Origin: an uncultured Nitrospiraceae bacterium
GTDB lineage: Bacteria > Nitrospirota > Nitrospiria > Nitrospirales > Nitrospiraceae
DNA: 64,000 nucleotides
Reading direction: 5' to 3'
NCBI GenBank assembly: GCA_963706325.1
Contig: CAVPLT010000004.1
Span: 512,001 to 576,000 of the forward strand
Within the stretch, counting starts at the first letter, position 1, and every line of letters begins with the position of its first letter. The position numbers and the translations under genes are program-made. This document shows positions 21,901 to 30,348 of the stretch, one piece after another. The notes beneath the pieces were generated by a model, which was not told the origin of the DNA, did not search any database, and worked only from the letters and a program-made list of their open reading frames with translations.

Positions 21901-24900
21901 GGCTGACTGGGCCGGTATTGGCAGAACAACTGACCCATTGGAAGTCAAAACTGCTGGATCTTCCGGTGCTGACGTTGCCGACCGACCGACCGCGGTTACC
22001 TGTCCATTCCTTCAAAGGGGATCATGTGTCGATGGATGTGCCCTGGGCCTTGGTCAACCGGCTCAAGCAGCTCAGCGTCCGCGAAGGAGTAACGCTGTAC
22101 ATGGTATTCCTGGCCGGATTCTTCGGCCTGTTGCATCGTCTCACGCAACAGCGCGACCTGGTCATCGGCACACCCATCGCGAATCGCAATCGTCTCGAAA
22201 TCGAAGATTTGATCGGCACGTTTGTGAATACGCTCGTGTTGCGGACAGACGTGACAAGCGAGCTGACCTTCCGCGAATTACTGGGGAAGGTCCGCGAACT
22301 GTCTCTCGATGCCTATGCCCATCAAGACATTCCCTTCGAGAAGCTGGTGGAAGAACTGCGTGCGGACCGCAGCCAAGGCGGCTTGCCGCTGGTGCAGGTG
22401 CTTTTCAATTTCGCCAATACGCCCTTCGCGCGCACGGAGTTTCAGCATCTCTCGTGGACGCCGTATGAAGTGAGCCGGGGCGCGGCCCAGCTGGATCTCG
22501 GGCTGTCGATCGATCCGTTCTCGTCACGAAAAGCTTATTTGGAGTTCAATACGGATCTCTTCGATCGCGCGACCGCCGAGCGGTGGCTGGGGCAGTACCG
22601 GGAACTGATGGAAGCGATTGCGGAGCATCCCGAGGAAAAGATCGGACGTGTGGCGATCCTTACGGAACAGGAGCAGCGCCGAATCATTCGAGAGTGGAAC
22701 GCGACGGAGACGATCTTCGACCGTACCGTCTGCTTTCCGCAGCTGTTCGAAGCGCAAGTCTCACGAACTCCCGACGCCATCGCCGTGGTTTATGAAGGGG
22801 TGGAACTCTCATATGCGGAACTAAATCGTCGCGCGAACAGGATGGCTCACCACTTGCGGGATTGGGGCGTGGGGCCGGATATCGTCGTGCCGGTCTTACT
22901 GGAACGGTCGCTTGAATTGCTCATCACGTTACTGGCCGTGATGAAAGCCGGCGGCGCCTATCTTCCCTTGGTGCCTGGGCTGCCGATACGGAGACTGGCT
23001 GTCATGATCGAGGCCAGCCAGGCGGCGCTTCTCGTGACCCATTCCTCGCTCCTCGCGGAGCTTCCTCAGCATCAACTGCCGGTGATCTGCATGGATCTTA
23101 ATGCGGAGACATTGGCGCAATATCCGGATGAAAACCCGCCGCCCCAAGCCGACCCTCAGCATCTGGTGTATGTACTGTTTACGTCGGGTTCGACCGGTCA
23201 GCCGAAGGCGGTCGAAATCGAACATCGCGCACTGGTCAACTTTTTGCGATCGATGCAGCGCGAGCCGGGTATGGCCGCGTCCGATGTCCTGGTTGCCCTC
23301 ACGCCGTTGTCGTTCGATATCGCCGGACTGGAACTGTATCTTCCACTCCTGACCGGCGCGCGCATTGTATTGGCCAATCGTCGACAGGCGATGGACGGAG
23401 TCTGGTTACAGCGAGAACTCGACCAGGGTCGGGTTACCGTCATGCAGGCCACGCCGGCGACGTGGCGAATGGTGTTGCAATCGGGGTGGCAGGGCGGACG
23501 CCAGGTGAAGGTGCTCTGTGGCGGAGAGTCACTTTCACGCGAGTTGGCGCAGGAGCTGTTGTCGAGGGCAGGGTCTGTCTGGAACGTGTATGGACCGACA
23601 GAGACGACCGTCTGGTCGACTCTCGAGCGCGTCCGGTCGGCAGACCGGACCGTTCCGATCGGAAGGCCCATCGCGAATACCCAGGTGTACGTGCTGGATC
23701 CCAATGGTGAGCCGGTGCCGGTGGGGATACCGGGTGAACTCTATATCGGCGGAATGGGCGTCGCTCGAGGATACCGGCATGCTCCCCAGTTGACGGATGA
23801 GCGATTCAACCCTAATCCGTTTCGATCTGGGGAGCGCCTGTATCGCACAGGCGACCAGGTCAAATGGTTGCCTGACGGCAGGCTGGAATATGTGGGACGT
23901 ATGGACTTCCAGGTGAAGCTGCGAGGGTTTCGGATTGAGCTGGGTGAAATCGAGGCCGTTCTGGCAGAAGATCTCACCGTCAAGCAAGCGGTGGTCATCG
24001 TGCGGGAAGATGTTCCGGGGGACAAGCGGCTGGTGGGCTATGTGGTGGCGCGAGAGGGACAGCGTTGTGACCCTCAGGCCCTGCGCCGCGCCCTTCGAGA
24101 CGTGGTTCCGGACTACATGGTTCCAGCTGCGATCGTGCCTCTTCCGGAGTTTCCACTCACCCCCAACGGCAAAATCGATCGAAAGGCCTTACCGATTCCG
24201 GCGGTGGAACCCATTCACGATGGCGCGCAGGCCATCGAGCCGAGGAATCGAATCGAATTGCAGCTAGCGGCGATTTGGGAGCAGGTGTTGGGGATCACGC
24301 CGATCGGCGTTCAAGACAATTTTTTTTCGCTGGGCGGGTATTCCTTGCTGGCGCTACGGATGTTCAGCGCCATCGAGCAGACTTTCGGCACACGTTTGCC
24401 GATGGCCTTGCTCTTTCAGGCACCGACGATCGAACAACTGGCGGATGTCCTGGCCGATGAAGGTTGTACCGTGCGCTGGCGGTCGTTGGTGGCGATTCAA
24501 CCGGAAGGCAAGAATCCGCCATTCTTCGCGGTTCCCGGCGTCGGCGGGAATGTCCTCGTCTTCGCTCGCTTAGCCAAGTTGCTCGGCAACGATCAGCCGT
24601 TTTATGGCTTACAGGCTCGTGGCCTCGATGGAAAAGAAAAGCCATTCATGCGCGTGGAGGACATGGCCGCGCATTACATTGACGAAATTCGTTCGGTCCA
24701 GCCGCAGGGCCCCTATCTCATCGGAGGGACTTGTACGGGTGGGCTGGCGGCATACGAAATCGCCCAGCAGTTGACGGCAAAGGGGGAAGAGGTGGTGCTG
24801 GCCATCATCGAATCCTGGCATCCACGGTCTTACGTAATCCACTGGAATCGGCCGCCCTATTTGCTGTGGCCATTACTATTCGTGGCCATGAAGGTGGCGA

Positions 24901-25349
24901 CGTACTATCGTCTTATGCGCAAACTACCGCGCCAGGAATGGCTGATGTTCTGGAGAGGAAAGTTGAAACGACTCTGGGGTCTCATGCACCATTCTGAAGC
25001 CGCCGAACATCAAGATGAATTTTTATACAAAGACCAAGTCACCTATGCCACCTTTCACGCGGTCGCGCGCTACGACTTGAAGCCGTTTCGAGGGCAGGTG
25101 CTCAATGTGATTGCTTCTAAACATCCGCTCACCAATTCCACCGACGACACGCGATTGGTCTTCGGCGAATCCGCAAGAGGAATGAGCCGAACGATGTACT
25201 TGCCTGCGGAAGATTCCGGCCGCCTTTTCGTCGCCCCGCATGTGCAGGAATTGGCCGTCCAGCTCAAGACATTTTGGCAGGACGCCTGGGCGCAGCTCCA
25301 GCGAAAGCCGGATGATGAGGGAAAGGGGCCGTCATCGAGAGCGGCCTAA
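15978..25349 (+). CDS. Non-ribosomal peptide synthetase FAAL-ACP-C-A-T-C-A-T-TE
   Basis: FAAL (YLQYTSGSTSAPKG, LPKTSSGK), ACP LGLDSL, C HHIAVDG, A1 YTSGSTGHPKG, T GGHSL, C HHIISDQ, A2 FTSGSTGQPK, T GGYSL, TE GTCTG. Start uncertain (15906 or 15978). Confidence 0.96.
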   Translation: MVRHPPVTVPSGDTLLDVLKWRAEHEPDQTAYVFLRDGVTPDAVLTYKELDLKARSIAGYLQTRFAPGTCLLLVYPPGLDFVQAFWGALYAGMVAVPVPPPDAFRLKQSTARLQRITEDARPAGALSTSQIRTMLHQQDFPEHFIQRERWISLDEAGSDLSEHGTFTASTSATLAYLQYTSGSTSAPKGVMVSHGNMTAQSRCITEAGGYDGQSVTLSWMPHFHDYGLVKGIIQPAWIGRPAYLMSPLTFLKRPLRWLEAIHRYRVTHSGGPNFAYRHCIEAIPVEDRAKVDLSGWEVASCGAEPIASNTIDRFAEAFAPAGFRREAFSPAYGMAEFTLLISLKRQGLLPTVQALDPAALEQGVVSGAKPEAEPVRQVVGCGTPVGDTKVIIAHPETLSHCAAQQIGEIWLAGASTAQGYWNNPEETARTFGARLRDTGEGPFLRTGDLGFVKDGEVFVTGRLKDLLIVRGRNHYPHDIERTVEQCHALFRVSGAAAFSVQEAGEEAVVVVQEVERQSAALAIDELAAAIRAAVSEHHDLHVFTIVFIKAGTLPKTSSGKVQRRACRDQFTKGELSIIGQSLLQSPQHLVSSTMVKTESLRLLSPDARRRQVEQYLCVMIADRVGCLPDAIHCGRPVQLLGLDSLMAAEVLHAVEETFRVSLPLQTLLGGASVADLAATIEDEILHPVIEVTTDLQPDSTQEHRGLLSENQAALWFLSQLAPDSAAANVSVLLHFSEDVNASLLKQGLEQLGEQHATLRTTYETQQGVPVQRIHECLPLGWTIIDGSTWDWAHLRQMALEAAAIPFDLQHGPLWRASLYQRQDDTWLLLVAHHIAVDGWSMMQLVKDLKRHYESVQTGSTSMPDGSGTRPVPYSDFVTWHRSLLDSVEGQRLRRYWKERLAGELPTYDILYDRPQTTVEPSRYAWHPFHIEAALAERLKTFAQAEGTTLYAVCLAALQVLMYRYTNQEDTAIVTPVFGRSRSRFAGAVGDFVNILVLRERLQAEMTGRDLLAQTKHGLLEALAHQDYPYSRLLSDLRPSRDRQRAPLAQVLFVLQPFKLFAELDAYMGASSSSFPGISRPGWEPYVIPQQSGQFDLCIELAESERGLSGYFEYKDQLFDPDRVAQMQEHFVRLLQGFVSDPAAHIGELPLLSEAERRDRVLAGDHPREPASALSCLHHQIEAQAQRTPDAIAVQQAGQTLTYRELDERANRLAHYLRRRGVTPGVVVGLCLERSLNLMVGLLGILKSGGAYLPLDADYPTDRLEYMLRDSQVRVLVTQQDQLARLPATNPHTICLDSEWDQIARCSDSVIEGADALDNLAYVIYTSGSTGHPKGVMVEHRSIANYVCAIADLVELKAADRVLQFASLSFDTAAEEIFPCLATGATLLLRTSNMVDSVSGFLDRCREWKVTILDLPTAYWHEVVTRMELEQIAFPQSIRTVIIGGERVLPQIVQRWAKLTGRAVRLLNTYGPTETTVAATWADLTGFGVDDELQADLPIGRVIRGASAYVLDPQRQLVPLGVAGELYVGGVGVARGYRGRPELTEAKFIPDPFSSLEGARLYRTGDIVRWRPDGQLDYRGRADRQVKIRGYRIELEEIEAVLNRHPDLERAVVEVREDQPGDKRIVAFIVPRPQNRLSLAQLREQLRSQLPAHMLPSSFIELEALPLTANGKVDRQALRVAGDSRASKVDLSSEFVAPRNSTEQMLADIWGEILHLKDVGIHDNFFELGGHSLLATQLVSRVQALFQTVLPLRQVFEKPTIATLAAAIKWTQEGGDQAQGHEGLVITKAGRGAPLPLSFAQERMWFLYRLSPGAAAYNIPASVRLHGPLDKAALRWSVEELVRRHEALRTTFTQRDGQARQIIHTSLEPQWIEEDARKLPLEIREPRALELATAEARRPFDLEQGPLLRILLIQLGEEDHVLVMSTHHIISDQWSYGVIARELVKCYNAFCAGKPFAIQPELPIQYADFALWQRTWLTGPVLAEQLTHWKSKLLDLPVLTLPTDRPRLPVHSFKGDHVSMDVPWALVNRLKQLSVREGVTLYMVFLAGFFGLLHRLTQQRDLVIGTPIANRNRLEIEDLIGTFVNTLVLRTDVTSELTFRELLGKVRELSLDAYAHQDIPFEKLVEELRADRSQGGLPLVQVLFNFANTPFARTEFQHLSWTPYEVSRGAAQLDLGLSIDPFSSRKAYLEFNTDLFDRATAERWLGQYRELMEAIAEHPEEKIGRVAILTEQEQRRIIREWNATETIFDRTVCFPQLFEAQVSRTPDAIAVVYEGVELSYAELNRRANRMAHHLRDWGVGPDIVVPVLLERSLELLITLLAVMKAGGAYLPLVPGLPIRRLAVMIEASQAALLVTHSSLLAELPQHQLPVICMDLNAETLAQYPDENPPPQADPQHLVYVLFTSGSTGQPKAVEIEHRALVNFLRSMQREPGMAASDVLVALTPLSFDIAGLELYLPLLTGARIVLANRRQAMDGVWLQRELDQGRVTVMQATPATWRMVLQSGWQGGRQVKVLCGGESLSRELAQELLSRAGSVWNVYGPTETTVWSTLERVRSADRTVPIGRPIANTQVYVLDPNGEPVPVGIPGELYIGGMGVARGYRHAPQLTDERFNPNPFRSGERLYRTGDQVKWLPDGRLEYVGRMDFQVKLRGFRIELGEIEAVLAEDLTVKQAVVIVREDVPGDKRLVGYVVAREGQRCDPQALRRALRDVVPDYMVPAAIVPLPEFPLTPNGKIDRKALPIPAVEPIHDGAQAIEPRNRIELQLAAIWEQVLGITPIGVQDNFFSLGGYSLLALRMFSAIEQTFGTRLPMALLFQAPTIEQLADVLADEGCTVRWRSLVAIQPEGKNPPFFAVPGVGGNVLVFARLAKLLGNDQPFYGLQARGLDGKEKPFMRVEDMAAHYIDEIRSVQPQGPYLIGGTCTGGLAAYEIAQQLTAKGEEVVLAIIESWHPRSYVIHWNRPPYLLWPLLFVAMKVATYYRLMRKLPRQEWLMFWRGKLKRLWGLMHHSEAAEHQDEFLYKDQVTYATFHAVARYDLKPFRGQVLNVIASKHPLTNSTDDTRLVFGESARGMSRTMYLPAEDSGRLFVAPHVQELAVQLKTFWQDAWAQLQRKPDDEGKGPSSRAA

Positions 25350-25466
25350 CGAGATGCTGACGCAGGCCGTCAGCCTGGTTCTCGCCGCGCGCCGTGGCTC
25401 ACTGGAATAAGCACGCCTCACCCCTTTGGTTGCTGCGGCCGCGCTCATTGACCATTGGATCATCCG
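25350..25466 (+). repeat. Degenerate copy of the MITE-like element
   Basis: GATGCTGA..GCCGTCAGCCTGGTTCTCGC...ACGCCTC...GCTGCGGCC...CATCCG matches the family block order; starts right after the NRPS stop codon. Confidence 0.55.
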
Positions 25467-25487
25467 AGACATGACGGAATCAGGACC

Positions 25488-27185
25488 ATGATAAAAATGT
25501 ATCGGTTCCTCCTGTTTCTCTTGCGGGGCGCCAGAAACATGATGGTGCTGATGGTGCTGACCGGGCTTCTGGCCGGTCTCTCCAGTGTGGGACTGCTCGC
25601 GGTCATCAACAAGCTGATCAATGGCGCCGGCTCGGCCTCGGACGTATTCGCGGTAGCGTTCATAGGGCTGGCCATACTGAAAGTGGTCTCAAACTACCTG
25701 TCCCAGTTGCTGCTCGTCACATTTGCGCAGGAAACCATTTTGAATCTGGGCATGGAGCTCTGCTGGAAAGTGGTGCGCGCCCCCTATCGCACATTGGAGA
25801 AACGCGGAGCGCATGAAATTCTAACGACACTGACGGATGACACGAATGCGATGGCCTGGGCGGTGAACGGCTTACCGGGCTTAGCTATTAATGTGGCTAT
25901 TCTGGCCGGGTGCTCGGTCTATCTCGCCTGGCTTTCCTGGCAGGCCTTTCTGGGCGTGATGATCTTAGCGGTGCTGGGGTTGCTGGGGTATCGCCATCTC
26001 TACAATCGAGTCCTGCAGTCGTCTCTCGCCGTGCGCGAGTCCAAAGGCGCGCTCTTCGAGCACTTTCGTAGCCTGACCGAGGGGATGAAGGAGCTGATGC
26101 TGCATCGAGGAAGGCGCGAAACCTTCGTCGCCACGGACATCAAGCATGCCGCCGAGTCGCTCCGTCATCACAACCTCGTGGCGACCAAGCAGTATCTCGC
26201 GACTGACTCATGGACGCAGGTGCTTTTCTACGGGTTGATCGGTGTGATTCTCCTTCTGTTTCCAAAAATTTTGGCGCTGTCAGGTGAGTCGTTAACCGGT
26301 TATGCATTCGCCATGCTGTACATGATCGGGCCCATGTGGGGCTTGCTGGGGATGGTGCCGGCATTGAGTCGAGGACAGGTGGCGCTGGAGAAGATCGAAG
26401 GGCTGGGGTTGGCGTTGGACGAGGGAAAGCGCGAGGGTGGCGCGGAGCGTCCGGTAGCCCAGGGTCCGCAATGCGTGGAGTTTTCCAACGCCAGTTTTTC
26501 CTATGAATCAAAGGGTGAGGGTGAGCGTTCGTTCACGCTCGGACCCTTGGATATGACCTTGGCAACCGGCGAGCTGGTCTTTATCATCGGCGGCAATGGC
26601 AGCGGCAAGTCGACATTTGTGAAGGTGCTTACGGGGCTCTATCTTCCACAGCAGGGAGCCGTGAAGCTCAACGGCGAAACCATTGCGCCTACGACCCAGG
26701 ATTGGTACCGGCAGCATTTTGCGGCGGTTTTTTCGGACTTTTATTTATTCAAGAAACTGTTGGGACTGGATCCTTCGCTGATCGCCAGCCAGGCCGACGG
26801 ATGGTTGAAGACCCTGCAAATCGAGCATAAGGTGAGCATCCAGGACGAGGAATATTCCACCATCAATCTGTCCCAGGGACAGCGCAAGCGGTTGGCGCTG
26901 GTCACGGCGATGCTTGAGGATCGGCCTTTTTATGTGTTCGATGAATGGGCCGCCGACCAGGATCCTCAATACAAGGACGTGTTTTACGGCGAGCTGCTTC
27001 CGGAACTGCAGGCCAGGGGAAAGGGTGTGATTGTCGTGACTCACGACGATCGGTATTTCCATGTGGGCGACCGCGTGTTAAAACTGGATGAAGGCAAGCT
27101 TGTGGATGCTTCCAACGGGATCATCCGGGGTGCCATGCACAGACCCGGCCCGATGCTCAAACCGGTTGCGCGCCCGTCGGCGTGA
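25488..27185 (+). CDS. Cyclic-peptide export ABC transporter (SyrD/PvdE/YojI family)
   Basis: TM domain plus GGNGSGKST, AVFSDFYLF, LSQGQRKRLAL, FDEWAADQDP and VTHDDRYF. Confidence 0.94.
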   Translation: MIKMYRFLLFLLRGARNMMVLMVLTGLLAGLSSVGLLAVINKLINGAGSASDVFAVAFIGLAILKVVSNYLSQLLLVTFAQETILNLGMELCWKVVRAPYRTLEKRGAHEILTTLTDDTNAMAWAVNGLPGLAINVAILAGCSVYLAWLSWQAFLGVMILAVLGLLGYRHLYNRVLQSSLAVRESKGALFEHFRSLTEGMKELMLHRGRRETFVATDIKHAAESLRHHNLVATKQYLATDSWTQVLFYGLIGVILLLFPKILALSGESLTGYAFAMLYMIGPMWGLLGMVPALSRGQVALEKIEGLGLALDEGKREGGAERPVAQGPQCVEFSNASFSYESKGEGERSFTLGPLDMTLATGELVFIIGGNGSGKSTFVKVLTGLYLPQQGAVKLNGETIAPTTQDWYRQHFAAVFSDFYLFKKLLGLDPSLIASQADGWLKTLQIEHKVSIQDEEYSTINLSQGQRKRLALVTAMLEDRPFYVFDEWAADQDPQYKDVFYGELLPELQARGKGVIVVTHDDRYFHVGDRVLKLDEGKLVDASNGIIRGAMHRPGPMLKPVARPSA

Positions 27186-27225
27186 AGACATCTTCGTTCG
27201 TCATGCGTATTGTGTTGTAGCCGCT

Positions 27226-27993
27226 GTGCTGATTCCCTACACCACGTCAATCCCATCTTCAGATCTCTCTGGGCAGGCGCATGTCTGGTTCTGCGACCTG
27301 TCCCGACATGAGCCTGACCGTGCGGCCCTCGCGGCGCTGCTGTCGACGGAGGAGCAGACTCGCGCCGCTCGGTTCGTCTTCGAGCTGGATCGACAGCGGT
27401 TCCTGCTGTCACATGGGCTCCTGCGGCTGATTCTGGCCCGCTATGTAGGGGACGCGGCCGGGCAGCTTGAGTTTGAAACGGAAGCTCATGGCAAGCCGGT
27501 ATTACTCAGGCGGTCTCGTACCGGACAGCCGATTGAGTTCAGCCTATCCCACTCAGGCCAATATGCCCTGGTGGCGGTGGCGAATGGGCGAGCGGTCGGC
27601 GTGGATATAGAAGTCTGCCGCCCTGATGTGGAAGCGCTCCGGCTAGCCCAGCGATTCTTTGCTCCGGGCGAATCACAGCGGATTGCGCAAGCGCATGGGG
27701 AGGAGCAGCCGCGCATGTTCTATCGTTATTGGACCGGCAAGGAAGCCTATCTCAAAGGGCAAGGAGTGGGACTGTCTTTCGGGTTGGAACGGTTCGAATT
27801 GCTGTTCGATAATCAGGTGATGCAGGCGGAGGTACGTCTGACGGATTCGGGCCTTCTCGACGCTGATTGGTCGGTGCATACTCTACAACTGGGCGAGCAC
27901 CTCGCCGGGGCGATCGCGCTCGAAGGCGAAGGCTGGAAGATGCAATTGTTCGATGCGTCGACGTTAATTGTTACGCGTTCTCCCGCCGTATAG
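27226..27993 (+). CDS. Sfp-type 4'-phosphopantetheinyl transferase
   Basis: HGKP, FSLSHSG, VGVDIE and WTGKEAYLKG motifs; adjacent to the NRPS. Start approximate. Confidence 0.92.
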   Translation: MLIPYTTSIPSSDLSGQAHVWFCDLSRHEPDRAALAALLSTEEQTRAARFVFELDRQRFLLSHGLLRLILARYVGDAAGQLEFETEAHGKPVLLRRSRTGQPIEFSLSHSGQYALVAVANGRAVGVDIEVCRPDVEALRLAQRFFAPGESQRIAQAHGEEQPRMFYRYWTGKEAYLKGQGVGLSFGLERFELLFDNQVMQAEVRLTDSGLLDADWSVHTLQLGEHLAGAIALEGEGWKMQLFDASTLIVTRSPAV

Positions 27994-28459
27994 CATCCTT
28001 TCGGAGTTGCCGAAAAAACTCCTGCAAGAGTTGCTGACTGTCCTCGGCGCACAGTCCGGCGACGACCTCGACACGATGATTCAGGCGAGGCTCGAGCGGA
28101 ATGTTCATGATGGACCCGCAGGCGCCGGCCTTGGGATCGGTGGCTCCAAACACCAGTCGTGGAATTCGAGCCAGCACAACGGCGCCGATGCACATGGCGC
28201 AAGGTTCCAGCGTCACATAGAGGGTCGTGCCGGTTAGCCTCCAGCTTTTCGTCCGTCTCGCTCCTTCTTGAATCACCATCAGTTCCGCGTGAGCGGTCGG
28301 ATCCTGTTGGCCTTCCCGACGATTGTGGGCTTCCGCGATCACGAGGCCATCATGCACCAGCAGGGCGGCAATCGGCACTTCACCGGCCAGCGGCGCCGCA
28401 CGAGCCAGCGTCAAGGCCTGTTGCATGAAGCGATAGTCAAGATCGTCGGGAGGAGGCAT
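27971..28459 (-). CDS. tadA: tRNA adenosine(34) deaminase
   Basis: GEVPI, DPTAHAE, TLEPCAMC and DPKAGACGS motifs. Confidence 0.95.
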   Translation of the reverse strand: MPPPDDLDYRFMQQALTLARAAPLAGEVPIAALLVHDGLVIAEAHNRREGQQDPTAHAELMVIQEGARRTKSWRLTGTTLYVTLEPCAMCIGAVVLARIPRLVFGATDPKAGACGSIMNIPLEPRLNHRVEVVAGLCAEDSQQLLQEFFRQLRKDAIRRENA

Positions 28460-28582
28460 GTGTCGTCGGTTGGTTTCAGGACTGTCCGAAAGCGCCGGCT
28501 GTCAGCAGGAGCTGGGGCATGGTACCACGTGATGTCCGAGGAAAGGCAGGGGAGACCGCATCGGCCTGAGAATTCGCTGCGT

Positions 28583-29599
28583 TTAGATCTGTCCCACGAG
28601 GTAGATGGCGCCGGTGGGCTGCGCAAGGCCGCCATCTGGCTCCATCGTCACGGCGAACTTTTTCATCCGTGAGAACTCATGAAGATTCCTTATCATCATG
28701 CGGCCCTTCTGGCCGGTATCCAGCCCGAAGACCCCGGCGCTGACAGGTTTATCGTCGATCGCCCAGAGTTGGTAGACCTTGCCGTTGGGTAATGCCGGCA
28801 GGTTGAAGGCATAGAGCCAGGCCTTTTTGGTCGCCGGGTCGAACAGCAGGAATGCACCGGCGGACTTGGCCATATCGGATCCCGAAAGCGAGACGACTTT
28901 GGACGCAGGATTTCTGAGGAAACTGGCGGATTCTTCATTCTGGCGTGCCAGCCGTTGCAGTGAGCTCTCGCGCTGGGTCAGCTGCGTGCGTACATCCTCC
29001 AATTCAGCCTCGCGCTGGATCATCTGATCGCGCAGTTCGGAGAATTCAGCGGCGCGATGGTCCAGCTCCGACTTGAGACTGTCCACAGCCTGGTCTCGCT
29101 GCTGCAGATCGGACTGCAGGGTCGTCGCGCGTGCGGTCGCCTGCTGCACCGCGGCTTGCAACTGTTGAATCTCACCTGAGCGCGCAGTCGATTGGGTATA
29201 GGACTGCCAGGCAAGATAGCTGCTTCCAGCCACGAGTGCGCATGCGGCGAAGCCCACCGCGAGTTGGAACGGCAAGGAGCGAGCGGGCGCAATCGGGGGA
29301 AACAGATGGTTCATCCATTCACCTGGTTCCAGACTTGACCGGACAGCGGGCTCGCCCAATTCGAGCGCGCCGGCCAGAGGGGCCGGAGCCGACAGGATGT
29401 TCGTCTTGAGGGTATTGGGCGGCGTGGCCGGAGTGAGACCGAACGGCAGCCGCGATGCTACGGTCTGAAAATCTTTCAAGGCGGCATGGCAGGCCGCGCA
29501 TCCGGACAGCAGATGGGCTTCGATAGCCTGCCGCTCCGAGCGTTCCAGGGCGCCGATTGCGTAAAGAGGGATTGCTTCTTCCAATTCCTCGTGCGTCAT
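28583..29599 (-). CDS. Anti-sigma factor (RskA-like) with zinc-binding N-terminus and coiled coil
   Basis: HLLSGCAAC, one TM segment, coiled coil, C-terminal YQLWAI...FAVTMEPDGG..PTG; overlaps the sigma stop codon. Confidence 0.88.
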   Translation of the reverse strand: MTHEELEEAIPLYAIGALERSERQAIEAHLLSGCAACHAALKDFQTVASRLPFGLTPATPPNTLKTNILSAPAPLAGALELGEPAVRSSLEPGEWMNHLFPPIAPARSLPFQLAVGFAACALVAGSSYLAWQSYTQSTARSGEIQQLQAAVQQATARATTLQSDLQQRDQAVDSLKSELDHRAAEFSELRDQMIQREAELEDVRTQLTQRESSLQRLARQNEESASFLRNPASKVVSLSGSDMAKSAGAFLLFDPATKKAWLYAFNLPALPNGKVYQLWAIDDKPVSAGVFGLDTGQKGRMMIRNLHEFSRMKKFAVTMEPDGGLAQPTGAIYLVGQI

Positions 29600-30201
29600 A
29601 ACCCTTCACCCTGCGGCAGCGTTTGTTGCAACGAGGCGCGAAGTTTGGTCATCGCCAGTTTGATACGGGTCTTCACCGTACCTAACGGTTGATTCAACTT
29701 GGCGGCGATTTCCGTATGGGTCAACCCTTGGTAGAAGGCCATTTCGATGGCCTGCTGCTGCGGCAGGGGCAGGTCGAGAATCGCTTTGGCCATCATCTGC
29801 CGCAATTCCGTGTCTTCCTGCGCCTCATAGGGATTAGGGCTGACATCGGGTGTGTGCGAGACCAACGGATGCTCAAGGGAATCGGTCGACGCATGTTGCC
29901 CCCGCGAAGCGCGCGACCGGAGCCGGTCGATCGCGCGGCTCCGCGTCAAGGTCACCAGCCAGGCAATCGGACTCCCTCGGCCCACGTCGTACTTGGCAAT
30001 CTTTCGCCAGACTTCCAGATAGACTTCTTGCAGCAATTCTGCCGCCTCTTCGCGGTCGCTCAGGATTCGGTAGGCGAGCGTGAAGAGCAACGTGCTGGAT
30101 TGATCGTACAGCTGGCCGAATGCCTGCGGATCCCCCTTGGCCACGCGGGTCAAGAGTTTGGGTTCGATGCTCGATGCGGCTTGTCGGGAGGCGGATTCCA
30201 T
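29596..30201 (-). CDS. ECF RNA polymerase sigma factor (SigK-like)
   Basis: AFGQLYD, AWLVTLTRSRAIDRLR and EIAAKLNQPLGTVKTRI motifs. Confidence 0.93.
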   Translation of the reverse strand: MESASRQAASSIEPKLLTRVAKGDPQAFGQLYDQSSTLLFTLAYRILSDREEAAELLQEVYLEVWRKIAKYDVGRGSPIAWLVTLTRSRAIDRLRSRASRGQHASTDSLEHPLVSHTPDVSPNPYEAQEDTELRQMMAKAILDLPLPQQQAIEMAFYQGLTHTEIAAKLNQPLGTVKTRIKLAMTKLRASLQQTLPQGEGL

Positions 30202-30348
30202 GCAGTCGGCCTAGGCGCGGGGCACTCCTCTGGGTCTCGGCACGCCACACTATAGCACTCTACGAAGAAACGACCAATTGGATTGCGATTACGTTCTCAT
30301 GATCACGGAGGAGAGCAAGGCTAGACGGGTGAGCGGTCATTCGACGGA

